In this document: positions 49,857-62,085 of the stretch, one piece after another
How the letters are laid out: the number at the start of each line of letters is the position of its first letter
Numbering within the stretch: position 1 is the first letter of the stretch
Source of the DNA: Eledone cirrhosa
Lineage: Eukaryota
Direction of reading: 5' to 3'
Length of the DNA stretch: 64,000 nt
Assembly (NCBI GenBank): GCA_964016885.1
Contig: OZ024743.1
Span: forward strand, 165,168,001 to 165,232,000
The notes under the pieces: generated by a model
What the model was told of the DNA's origin: nothing
Databases searched by the model: none
What the model saw: the letters and a program-made list of their open reading frames with translations, nothing else
Made by a program: the position numbers and the translations under genes

Positions 49857-51183
49857 ATACATAAGAAGAGTAAAGAAAATATGGTCATCAGAACTGTCAG
49901 CATACAACAAATACATTGCCCACAATACCTATGCTGTGCCAATTCTAACGCCAACATTTGGCCTGCTGAACTAGTCATTGCAAGAACTAAGTGAGATGGA
50001 TGTTAGAACTCGAAAACTTCTCAGTGTTACTGGGAACTTTAACATCAGTGGTGATGTGGATAGGCTATACTTCTCATGCAAGGAAGGTGGCCGGGGTCTA
50101 AATCTCTCACCCAGAGAAATCGGAAGATCCTATTCAATGTTCAAACAAGATAAAAAAATTGACCAATTTACAGAAAAAGTTGTGCATGGATACTTGAGGC
50201 GTAAAACACAGACCATAGAGGGGATAAACCACTCAAAAAGCCTGGCATGGAGTTCCGACAAGTTTATGACATCACACCTTGAGGGATATCTCTATGCAAT
50301 ACAGGAACAAGAACTCCCTACCAAATATCTGCTACACAAAAGAGGAGGGCCAGCAACTGACAATAAATGTAGGCTATGTAAAACAAAGATCGAGGATGTA
50401 AGCCATATTGCCAGCTGCGAAAGAATGTCATCTCGCTACTACCTCCCCATGAGACACGATGGGATAGCTAGAACCATCTGGAACGCACTTCGGAAAACAA
50501 AATTAACAACAAACGAGGAAGAATATATTGAGACAGATGGCACTAAGGAATACTGGTGGAACCTGAAAATAAAAACTGCCACCAAATTAAAGCACAACCG
50601 GCCTGATATTGTAGTTTGGGACCACACATTGAAAACATGTCTGTTGTGGAGATCAGCTGCCCACTTGATGTAAACGTTGTCAGAAAAATACAGAAGGAGA
50701 AGGAGGACATCTACGACCATTGATGAGGAGTTTACAAATCCAGTATCCAAGATACACCTTTAGCTTCATACCCATCATTATTGGAGCTACGGGTTATATA
50801 CCAACCCGCTTAGACCAAAGTATGACTGAACTTGGATTTGCGAACAAAAAGCGCAGCTCCCTAATTCATAGTCTACAAATGGCTGCGAAATAACAACCCA
50901 ACAAGGAACTGAGCATATCAGAGTATTGACAATATTATACACCTCAACAACATATGTACTTGTCTATACCATACTAATTCAAACTGCCTGAAGAGGTCAC
51001 AGCCAAAGATGGCTGTCACTGAAATATATATAGCAGTAATAAACGAAGCTAAATTTTAATCATTTGACTTTTATTTAACTTTATTTTACACTACTCCGAA
51101 GTAACCAAACCAACCTGCGCACTTCGTCGAGTGCTCCAGCCTGCATACTGAGGTGTTGGTATACAACCAACATAAACTCAAAA

Positions 51184-51186
<3 letters not shown>
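49857..51186 (+). mobile_element. R4/Dong-like non-LTR retrotransposon (RLE type), 5'-truncated, between microsatellites
   Basis: DRLY..EGGRGL, AIQEQ, CCHC knuckle CRLC..EDVSHIASC, RHD, KHNRPDIVVWD (PD-D/ExK nuclease), PIIIGATG. Confidence 0.88.
50983..51037 (+). ncRNA. Minimal type I hammerhead ribozyme motif
   Basis: ACTGC-CTGAAGA-[GGTCACAGCC aaagat GGCTGTCACT]-GAAA-TATATA-TA^GCAGT. Stem I has 5 bp, the core is intact, stem II has 10 bp with one mismatch, and stem III is palindromic. AATAAA follows immediately. Confidence 0.8.
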
Positions 51187-51231
<45 letters not shown>

Positions 51232-51233
<2 letters not shown>

Positions 51234-53197
51234 ATGCATGGAAGAGCCATTAGGAAAGATTACTAAATGAGGAGAATGCATGGGAAAAAGAGACCCTACC
51301 CTCAAGTGGACCCTATAGAGGGGCCAGCAGTACAAGTCAGCAGCAGTGAAGTAAGTAAGGCTATTAAAGGGTATAGCTGCCGAGATGCTGAAAGCATCTA
51401 GGTCGGTAGGTCACACCATAACCACATGTATTGTTAACCAGGTAATACTAGAGGGTGTCATACCAAAGGATTGGTACAACAGCATCATTGTCAACTGCTA
51501 CAAGGGTAAAGGTGATGCACAAGATAGAGGAAACTATAGAGGTAAAAACCTGATGGACCAGGTCATGAAAGTAACAGAAAGAGTTATAGCACAGTTGATT
51601 AGGGAACGGGTAAAACTAGGTGAGATGCAATTTGGGTTTGTGCCAGGAAAAGGCACCACTAGTGCCCTCTTCCTTATGAGGCAGTCACAAGAAAAGTACC
51701 TAGCTAAAAGTAAGCCGCTCTACCTGGCATTTGTCGATCTGGAAAAAGACTTTGACAGAGTCCCCCGTGCTATAATCTGGTGGACTCTTAGAAAACTAGG
51801 AGTAGATGAATGGCTTGTGAAAGCTGTACAAGCCATGTATAGGGGAGCAATCAACAAAGTTAGGGTTAACAATAACTATAGCGAGGAATTTAGCATACAG
51901 GTCAGTGTCCACCAGGGCTCTGTTCTTAGCCCTCTCCTGTTCATTGTAGTATTGCAGGCAATAACAGAGGAGTTTAAGACCGGAAGCCCATGGCTACTCC
52001 TGTATGTGGATGATCTCACACTTATAGCTGAATCTATGGTGGAACTAGAGAAGAAATTCCAAACATGGAAGCAGAGACTAGAAAGAAAGGGTCTCAAAAT
52101 CAACCTGACAAAGACTAAGGTCCTTGTAAGTAGACGAGAAAACAGAGCTCAGATTCCCTCAGGGAAATGGCCTTGCTCAGTATGTAGGAAAGGTGTAGGT
52201 AGGAATCCATCCTTTGCCCCAAATGCAAACAATGGGTACACAAGAGATGTAGTGGGATCTCAGGAAGCTTAGCTAAGAATGTAGGCTTCAGATGTAGCAG
52301 TTGCACCGGGACAGCAAGCAGCAAACGGCCACAGGAAACAAGCACCACCAAACTCTGGGAGGGCTCTGTAGATACAGTAGACAGCTTTTGCAACCTAGGT
52401 GACCGAATTAGCAGCGGAGGTGGGTGTTCGGAAAGTACAGTAACCAGGGTAAGAATAGGATGGAAGAAATTCAGGGAGCTACTGCCACTGCTAGCTGCAA
52501 AGGGCTTTTCCCTCAAAATGAAAGGCAGACTGTCGGATGCATGCATACGAACAACAATGTTACATGGTAGTGAAACCTGGGCGCTGTGTGTAGAAGACTT
52601 GTGTAGATTAGAAAGAAATGAAGCTTGCATGCTCCGATGGATGTGTAATAGTAATATACACGAACGGCAAAGCATAAACAAATTGAGAGAGAGACTGAGC
52701 ATAAGAGGAATCAAATGCTGTGTGCAGGAGAGGAGGTTGCATTGGTATGGACATGTGATGCGTATGAAGATTGACAGCTGCATAAAAAGATGCAGAGCAC
52801 TAGAAGTCGATGGAGGCCATGGAGTGGGGAGACCCAAGAAGACCTGGGATGAGGTGATAAAAGCCGATCTTGTCCAATTGCACCTCTGAAAGGCGATGGC
52901 TCAGGACCATGACCTCTGGTGTCACGCAGTAATACAGAAGACCCAACTTCCCATGGGTACAAACTGAAGCTGAAGCATATAGACAATATGCCCACACTGT
53001 AAAGTGGTCGTGTAGGAGCCACGAAAAAAAAGCAACCAGCAATCACTGTAAATGAGGTTGGTGTTTGGAAGGGCATACAGCTGTAGAAATCAAGCCAGAA
53101 TCAGTTCCCGTATCATTCGACCGGCACTACCCACAACAGGACAACCCGTCTAACCCATGCTAGCGTGGAAGAATGGCTGTAAAACGATGATGATGAT
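51232..53197 (+). mobile_element. RTE family B, 5'-truncated
   Basis: ORFs 51385..52272 and 52518..52889, with a (GAT)n tail. Confidence 0.95.
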
Positions 53198-53214
53198 ATA
53201 TATATAAAATGTAC

Positions 53215-53965
53215 ACAATATGTACACGAGATGTAGTGGGAAAGCAGGCAAACTAACAGGTAGGGAAAACTACGTATGCAGTAGATGTACAGGGAAATTT
53301 GACAGAAGTCGCAGTGATAGACACATTTTTCAAATGCAGGTGGGTTCTATAGAAGTGGTTGATAGCTTCCAGTACCTAGGTGATCAGATTAGCATGGGAG
53401 GGGGGATGTTTCGAGGCCATAGTATCTAGAATAAAGACATTTAGGGAGCTGCTTCCTCTGTTGACAAAGAAGGGTTTCTCCCTGCGTACGAAAGGTCGGT
53501 TATATGATGCCTGTGTGAGATGTGCGATGCTGCATGGTAGTGAGACATGGGCAGCAACTATAGAGAATATGCGACGGCTGGAAAGAAATGAAGCAAGCAT
53601 GCTCCGTTGGATGTGCAATGTCAATGTGTGTGAACGATCAAGCATAGATGAGTTGAGAGAGAAACTGTGTATAAGAGGGATAAGATGTAGTGTGTGGGAG
53701 AGAAGACTGCGATGGTATGGAAATATACTGCGCATAGAGGATGACCACTGGGTAAAGATGTGCCAAGAAATCCCAGTAGAAGAAAGACGCAGTAAAGGAA
53801 GACCACAAAAAACATGGGTGGAGGTGGTGAGAGCAGACCTCAAATCACTGAAGCTCACAGAGGAGATGACAAAGGTCCATAACAAGTGGAGAGATGCTGT
53901 GTTGAATAGGACCCATCCCACCATTGCAAGCAGGAAAAAGCGGACGTATGATGATGATGATGATG
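53215..53965 (+). mobile_element. RTE (PHD lineage, subfamily of 13358-15170) 3' fragment
   Basis: ORFs 53220..53429 and 53380..54045. Confidence 0.9.
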
Positions 53966-54391
53966 TTATATATGTATATATGTATATATGTATGTATATA
54001 TATATATATATATATATATACATACACATACACATATATATATGAGTAGTGTAGTGGTGGATGTGTAACATTAGTGTTGATGATGCAGGACAAATTAGCT
54101 GAGAGAAAATCTTGGTATATGAGGTATTGGCAGTAGTGTGCACTGGTATAGATATGTGATGCATCTGGAAGATGTGCCAAGCAATCCAAGTAGATGGAAC
54201 CTACTCGTTTGTTTTGTCTTGGACTGTTTCAACTTTGCATCTGAAAAGAGGGTAATAGCCCTGAATTATCATGCTAAAATAAACTGGGTAAAATATTACT
54301 TTGTTTAGTTTTATTTCATTTGTCATTACTTACCCTTCATACTTTCTACTGCATTGTACCAGCTTTAAAAATAAAAATTATGTGTGTGTAA

Positions 54392-54422
<31 letters not shown>

Positions 54423-54619
54423 CACACACATATATATCATCATCATCATCATTATCCTCCTCATTTAACATCTGCTTTCCCTGTTAGCAAGGGTTGAACA
54501 GGTCTTCACAGACAGTCAGTACTGAAGCGAGACTACTGACCATCTAGACAGGCTGGGGTTCAGCATCTCACTTACATACGGTCCCTGGTTCTACTGAGTG
54601 CATATATATATTACATATC

Positions 54620-55140
54620 CGAATTGCAGGAGCTGGTGCCAGCTTCAACATTTGGTAATCAGAAGGGAGGTAGGTGTCAAAGCCAAACTATCTTCAAATT
54701 GGTATTCATGCCAACCCTTAATCTTGGGTAATGACCGAAAAAATACAATCGTAAATAAAAGCAGCCAAAATGGGGTTCCTCTGAAGTGTCTTTGGAGTAA
54801 TGTTACTTGATAGAGTGCATAGATCAGAGATCCGAGTCACTCCTGTTAGAACTACTACTTCTCTGAATTGAGAGATCACAGCTCCAATACTATGGGCATG
54901 TGGTTAGAATGTCTCAAGAAAGAATCACTGGACAAATTTTATGGGCAAACCCAACCAAGAGACCCTAAGGTAATCCCCGAGTAAGATGGTTGGATGACAT
55001 TCATGAGCTTGGCTGGTCCAACTTGGGGATCCAGCCAGATCAGTTGGAGATGGTTGCTTCTGACAGCCCAATGGAAAGAGTGTTTGGGGACTCTTCCCCC
55101 ACGACCCGCTCAGGAATAAGTGGGCGAAGAAGAAGAGAAG
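54620..55140 (+). mobile_element. RTE family A 3' fragment
   Basis: IRREVGVKAKLS, and a 3' end matching the 4420-5665 and 11819-12455 copies. Confidence 0.85.
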
Positions 55141-56519
55141 ACTTATCAGTACCATCATCATCTTACATCCATTTTCAATGCCTACATGGGTTGCCTGGAT
55201 CTCTTCTAGGACAACACTTCACCACTTGTTGCAGTTTCTTGCCATCTTGGTCACTTTCAGTGTTCAAAATTTCTTCTTTGCAACTTTTCCTATTGTGGAC
55301 TTCATAAACCACAGTGAAGGCAACCCATATAGGAAAGCAGTCACTCTGAATAAAACCCAATACTGTGTAGATAATACACTTAAGTCCAGACAGACAAAAT
55401 CTCTAATGCTGGTAGCACAATAAAATGCATCCAGTCCATGTTGTAAAGTGGCTAATGATAGGAAGTGCATCCAGTTACCAAAAAAACAAAACAAAAAAAA
55501 CATGCCAAAGGTGTAAAATACACAACCTTCTTCTTCTGCAGGTTCCATCCACTTGGGTTGCTTGGCACTTCTTTACCCAACTGCCATCTTCCAGATGCAT
55601 CACATCTGTACCAGTGCATACTACTGCCAATAAATACCACATATACGTAGTTTTTGTCTCAGCCAGTTTGTGCTGCATCATTCAAGCACACTAATGTTAC
55701 TCATCCAGCAGAGCATGCTTACATCATTTCTTTCCAACTTTCACACATCTTCTGCATTCAATCAATTTAGTAAATAATTCCATTTTTTTAGTTTTATTAT
55801 GACAACAAAAAGTGCCCTGCCCCGACTGCAAAGTGGTCATGTAGGCACCATGGCTAAAAGTGCCCAGTACACACTATAAATGTGGTTGGAATTAGGAAGG
55901 GCATCCAGCTGTAGAAACCAAGCCAGAACCAGTTCTGTATGAGCAAGACATGGTCACCTGATCTGACTTGTCTCACAATGGGACAACTCATCTACCCATG
56001 CCAGCATGGAAAAATGGACGTTAAACAGTGATGGTGTCCAAAAAAGATAATCCGTGATCAACTAAACTACATTTTCCATCAAGGGTTATTCTTCATGTCT
56101 GACTAGGTTGAGACCTAGGAACCTGCCATATTTTTTTTTTAGCTGTAGTAAATTGAAAGATTCAAATTCCAGAGGTCTGGACATAGATTAATACAGTTAA
56201 TCAATGTCTAAATCACAAAACAGTGACTTGTCGTTATTTTATAAAATATGACCAGAGACTGGAACCAACACCATAAAGTAAATCTTTAATAACAAAAAAA
56301 GGAAAATTGCTGATTGTCAGATTACTGATATTATTTGCTGATTGCAACTGGCAGAAAGAGCAATAGTTTGCTGAGGAACATAATGTTTTTCCCAGTGCAG
56401 GATTCAATCACATGACTTTACAATCATGAGTTCAGTACCCTAAGCACTAGACCACGTGCTTTTAATATCAGAAGATAGTAATAGTTGTATAAATATTTAA
56501 AGGCAAAGAAAAGAAAGGT

Positions 56520-58720
56520 AGAAAAAGAACAGGATAAGAAAAGAAACAAAAGGAAAAAAAAAAATTATATAAGTTCAAAAGGAAAAAAGAAAAGAAAAAA
56601 ATAACAAAAACACAAGCAGGTAATACACACATCTTGGACCACATACATCAAAAGGCAAGCGAAAGGGTAGATAAACGGACTTCTGCCAGAACAAAAGATA
56701 ATGATATCGCGAGGTGCACTGGAACCTCTCTAATTTTTAGGCAAGCCAGCATGTTCGCAGCATTACCTTGGGTGATAGCGAGGTTGATGCACTGGAACAG
56801 CCAAGTGCACTCACAAGCATCACCTGTTACCTTGGTTAGGTGAGTCACCAGTGATAACAAGAACCTCGCAGTCAGCGGCCCACTCCCACAGGCTGGAAAA
56901 AGTAGCTAACCAACAGATCTTGGTATTTCAGAATTTTATTCCATTCAGCATGGAAGCAGTAGCTCTCACCCTAACCGCAGCATTCAGGATGTGGGAAGAA
57001 GCAAAAGAGTCACTGACTGTGATGTCCCAGATAAGACATCTGCCTCTTATCTAGGGGTAGGACCGTCAGGCCTTTTCCCATCAATTCTGGACAACCGCGA
57101 CAGTTCCAAAATTGAGCAGATATGTGCGAAATGACTGGCATTCAGGCGGCAAGATAAATCGTGAAGGCCTGTGGAATCAAGGAGCCTAGCACACCAACAT
57201 TTCAGACCCGTACAGACATCGGTTCTCACTCTGAGGGCATGGAGACACGAAGCTCGTCCAAACTGAATAGACCACTGATGTTGGCCATGGATGGGACATC
57301 AACCATCTCCTGAGTATTTGATGCTAGCAGACAGTAGGTGGCACCTTGAGAACTGATCTGATGGGTCGAAGAGATAGTCAAAAGTGACCTTTGAATGTAT
57401 GTTGCCCCAAACTTTCTGTTTCCATTTGTCCTCTACCCTGTCAGGAACAGAAAAACACAGCTCTCTCCATCATAGAAGAGCTTCATCCATCTCCCTGTTG
57501 GAACTAGTCCATGTTGGAAAAGAGAAGATGTTACCTAACAGGGTGGAGCAAGCATGGGAGTAGGAAAGGAAGCAAGAGAGAGGGAGGGACGAATATTTAT
57601 GTAGAACAAGGCCTTTAAATCGCTTGGGCAACGAAGCCTGACCACAGGACTCTGGAGAAAGTCTAACATTGACCAAGCACTCGAGTCTCTCGAAGATTAG
57701 GTCATCAAAGCATTGGAGACATGACAAAAATCTGTGAGATGGGCTAACCCTGAGTATATATAGTAGCTTAGGAATCGATAGGTAATTCCTGAGTATAATA
57801 AAACCTTGATGGGGCTCGATTGCCTCAATGTTCTTCAATAATTGCTCAAGGTTAGATATCTAGGATTGGAAATTTGGATCAAAAGCTAGATCTGTAATTG
57901 GGGCTCCCAAGGAGCATCAGCCCAACGGGGGAGGGACTGCAATGGAAAGGAAGGATTCTGCAAACAGGTCTATTGTCTGATGTTGAGAATCTGGGTGGTT
58001 GAGAATCCAGAGCTCACATTGACCTGGAGCCCACAACAACCAAGCTCTTCAATCATTTTATTTGCAGTTGTAAGAACACTATCCAAAGATTCCCCAAACA
58101 AGCGTCATCAAGATACCAATCAACCTCGATCTTGGTGATGTCATCAATGCCCAGTGCAAACAGAACGAGCCCAAGCGAGTCACTCTGTTGAACTCCTGAG
58201 ACATAAATGATGATTTGATTACCAAAAGAGTAGGAGGGCTCCCGATAAGCCTACCAAGCAAAGTGGTAGAGTTGGGGGACCCTTACTGAGCTGAGGACAA
58301 CATTGCAGCTGACGGAATTGAAGGCATTCTTGAGGTCAAGTTCGAGGATGACCCTGGGGGACTTGGAGGGCAAGTTGGTAAAGGCTCTGGTAGCATGGGC
58401 AGCAGCCTGACAATCCAACTTAGTTCCACCGACAGTGAATCAGAGACCAATAACAAACACACCTTTGCAGTAAAACAACAAAGGTTGCAGCCAACTGCAA
58501 TGGGGTGCAAGTCTCCATTGCGCTTTGTGAGTCCAAATAGTTTTGCACGAAAACTATATAGGAAAGAACGTTCTCTGAAGAGAACTGATTCACAAACTGA
58601 GTTAGGCTCTCCAAGAGCTCGAGTCCGGCATCACAGGCTGATAAAGAGATGCCATCCTTAAGGTGCTGAGGTAGTGGACCATCAATCCCCACACCAGAAC
58701 CACCAGGGATGTTATCTATA
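56520..58720 (-). mobile_element. Degenerate CRE-clade (RLE) non-LTR retrotransposon
   Basis: Fragments GIDGPLPQHLKD, HPIAVG, KLDLKNAFNSV, PKLLYILR..P, QASLP, GLHDLSC, DGKRPDG, QGNAANM. Confidence 0.8.
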
Positions 58721-59369
58721 GATATTTTTACTATAAATATCATCCATACTATATCATCCATGTTATATCACTGCTGTTATAAATATCGCCCATGTTATAA
58801 ATATCAGAACTGGCGGCTTACACGATGCTTTTTCTAATAGTGATACAGGTACAATACTAATTTTCAAACGTAAATTAACATACTAGTTGATTCACGTCAG
58901 GATTTTAACACAGTGTTACATATAATTTTTAATATTTTCACTTTAATATTATCATCATAGAGATATAAGGAGGGGATTTGTGACTTCATAATGTTTTTAA
59001 TGAATTATCTAGTAGCAAAACAGAGAATCTCAAATGGGTTTGGAACCAAAGATACTGGAAAATCGGTAGTTGCAGCCGTTTCAGCACCAATATTATTAAC
59101 CAGTGGATGAGACTAGGAAGCTATGTGGTCGCCCAGCCTGCTTTCCTCAATCCTACCCGACTATATTCAATTTAAAAATAAAAAGTATTCATAGACAGGA
59201 CCAGATGGAGGGAGTGTTGGAGGACACTCCATAAGTGGGTGAAGGAAGAGAAGGGCGGCGGCGACGACGACATTGTGCAGTGCAATCTCAGACATACATC
59301 ATGGGCCTGTTTAACCATAGCTAAACAACAAGTAAATAGTTTTTTTGAAACTTAAATCCGTGATCGCTA

Positions 59370-60335
59370 TTAGCTACAAAAGGCTTTCCCCTCAAAATGA
59401 AAAGTAGATTGCATGATTATGTACGAATAGCGATGCTGTATGGAAGTGAGATCTGGGAGCTGTGGACCAACGAAGATTGGAAAGAAATGAAGCTTGCATG
59501 CTTCGATGGCTGTGTAGTAGAAAAGCGTCAATGAACTTGGAGAGAAAGTGGAGATAAGAGGGGTCAGATGCAGTGTGCTGGCTGAAATAGCGATGGTAAG
59601 GGCGTGTGATGTGTATGGAGGATGACAGCTACATATAAAGGTGCATGGTGCTCGAAGTTGATGTAAAATATGGAAAAGGAAGACTTTGGGATGAAGTGAT
59701 AAAAGCTGAACTTGCACAATTAAACCTCACAAAGGAGATGGATGGTACATGCGCGAGATCTCTGGCGAAATGCTGTACTGAAGCTGATCCACCTTCCTCA
59801 TATGCACAGGATGAATCAAATATGTAGAGGACACTAATCTGCACCAAATTTTACCCTCCCACATACACCTTCCCCAATGCTAATTTTCACCCATTCCCCA
59901 TCATAAGCTAAGAATCCCACCTTAGAGTCCACCACTCGCCTCGTTCATGTCCAACTTGCATACTCGTTCCCATCATACACCACCTTCCACATTCCCGATA
60001 CACCTCTCCTGTCCGACTCATAAAGCATGGAAAACTGAACACGTTCCACACTTGCTCTACAACAGTGCTGCTGCCACGACAAAAACACCCAATCCATCTT
60101 ATAAAGTGGTCGTGTTGGTGACACGATGAAAAACCACCCACTCCACCGTCAGATAGTCGTTTTGTTGCCAGGATAAAAAGCACCCAGTCCACTCTGTAAC
60201 GTGGTTGGCGTTAAGAAACCAAGTCAAAAACAGATCCGTGTGAGCAAGACAGTTACCAGACCTGACTAGTCTTATAACATGACAACCCGTCTAAACAATG
60301 CAAGCGTGGAAAATAGACATTAAATGATGATGATG
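59370..60335 (+). mobile_element. Old RTE 3' remnant with 3' UTR repeats
   Basis: Degenerate KGFPLKMK..., gattggaaagaaatgaagcttgcatg, and a (GAT)n tail at ~60325. Confidence 0.75.
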
Positions 60336-61388
60336 TATATGTACTCTCGGGTCCCAAATAATAGAGCAGGTTGGAAAATCAGTACGTTTTCTAAGTTGTC
60401 TCCGTTGATTAAAAAAACAACAGAATTAATCGTTTAGTTTACAAATTGAGACCCCTCAACCTATCCTATTTATTTTATAATGTAAGGGATTTCTAATAAT
60501 GTAATATTTTGTCATGTATAATATTTTTTAATGTATAAAGAAAATTAATTGCCGGAGATAGCTAAGGAAAATTTAATTAGCGGGAGGGAGGGGGGGGGGC
60601 TGAAAAATTAATAAGCGGGGGTGGGGAAGGGGGCCTTATTCGAGACCCACGAATATGTATAAAGTAAAAGCGTGATAGTGTACAGTTCATTCTAATTGCT
60701 TAGTTTAAAGTTTTTAAAGAAAAAACTTATTGGAAAACGTTTGCGGTGGAGGAAGGAATACTGAGGAAATAAAAGAATAATGGTTTCTTTTAATATGATA
60801 ATTATTTTTAATTTAGATACAAAGCCAGCAATTGAAGGGAAATGATAGTCGATTATATCAAACCCAGAAGTCAAAGTTGACCACGGAGGAATTTGACCTC
60901 AAAATGTGAAATATAATAATTTAGGAACAAGGCTAACAATTTTGGGTGGAAGGGACCAGTCGATCGTGTCGAATTAGTTAACTGCTATTTTATTTTATTC
61001 ATCCTGTAAACGGCAAAATCAACAATCAGCAGAATTTTAACTCAGAACATAGAGGCGAAATAAATATTGCATCAAAATTTGATATGTCGAATGAGAGAGA
61101 AAGACAAGCATCAAGTGCATTTGATAGAGAGAAGGGGGGTGTAGTCTATTTACTTGACAACAGGTAAATAGACAGAGTTCATCTGTCTCAAACGAAATTT
61201 TTTTCTCCCAAGAAACCTTATTAATTTTTAAAATGTCACGTTTTTTGTCTCACAAATTTTTTGTCAAAGCCCGCCTTTCAAAATATTATTGAGATAAAAT
61301 AGATTTAAAAGGAAGGGGTTAGTCTCTATCTCTTCATATTTGACGAACATGCGATAAAGTTCATTTAATTTCAGTTTTATAGACAAAC

Positions 61389-61425
61389 CTTGATCTTTCA
61401 AAAAATTATTATTTGTATTCTCCAT
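61389..61425 (-). CDS. SCLT1: SCLT1-like exon 1 (start codon): MENTNNNFLKDQ+G, ends phase 1
   Basis: ATG at 61425-61423, 37 nt, donor AAG|gtttgt. The peptide resembles the vertebrate SCLT1 N-terminus (FLREQNRRLN, recalled) and joins exon 2 in frame as DQVQRLN. Confidence 0.85.
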
Positions 61426-61532
61426 TCTTTTGCAAGGACTGGAAATATATCATAAATAAACTTCCAGTGACTTTCCACGGTTTACAAAAGTTTTTAGTAG
61501 CGAAGTTTTTAACTTTTTAATGCTTTAGTACC

Positions 61533-61545
61533 GTTGCCATGTTAC
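61533..61545 (-). promoter_or_regulatory. RFX X-box candidate in the SCLT1 promoter (GTAACATGGCAAC)
   Basis: Fits GTNRC-N-RGYAAC with a perfect CATGGCAAC half site, 108 bp upstream of the ATG of a ciliary gene. Confidence 0.7.
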
Positions 61546-62085
61546 GGAGCAAATAACAACAAAAGATTTCATTGCTTGTTTTAATAGCGAACACAACGAT
61601 CAAATTTGAAAACCAAAAACCAAATTAGAAATTAATATTTAATTAAATGTTAAAATTTAATTACTGAATTTCTCTCAATATATATTATATTTTTAAACCA
61701 GCATTATCAAATTTATTTTGGGTAAATTTATAGAACATTCCCACCCTCGATTTCAGTGTGTGTGTGTGTGTATGGGATGTGGGGGGGATTTTGCCCCGGT
61801 CTTTTCGTGTGCTATCAATTAATATAACGTCCCAGGTGTTCGCAATCAACTTTTTTCGCCGAGAAAACGGAGGGAGTGGAGTAGGTGCCCCCGGACCCCT
61901 TCCTCCTCGGAGTATTCTCACCGATTTCTTTTTTCTTTCGCGTGTTATCAATGAATATGATCTCCAAACCAGTCGGAAACGACTAGCTTTGTTGAAAAAT
62001 GAAAGGAAAAGGAGGCAGAAAAATCATCAGAGTTTCGCAGATCTATAACCCCACCCCACCCGCGTATGGTGGGAAATAATACATT

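Noticed and set aside
49306-49974. Host PIF1 helicase gene or a helicase-RT fusion protein
   Set aside because: It is a decayed Helitron fragment that reads by chance through a microsatellite into the adjacent R4-like element.
56123-56142. Alternative start exon (acag|ctaaaaaaaaaatATGGCAG|gttcct) giving MAD...
   Set aside because: The donor is weak, the 20 nt would shift frame if spliced from exon 1, and exon 1 at 61389-61425 already gives a homologous N-terminus.
59240-59275. GC-rich patch with a minus-strand ATG as SCLT1 first exon
   Set aside because: It resembles the 3' tail of RTE family A and has no suitable donor.
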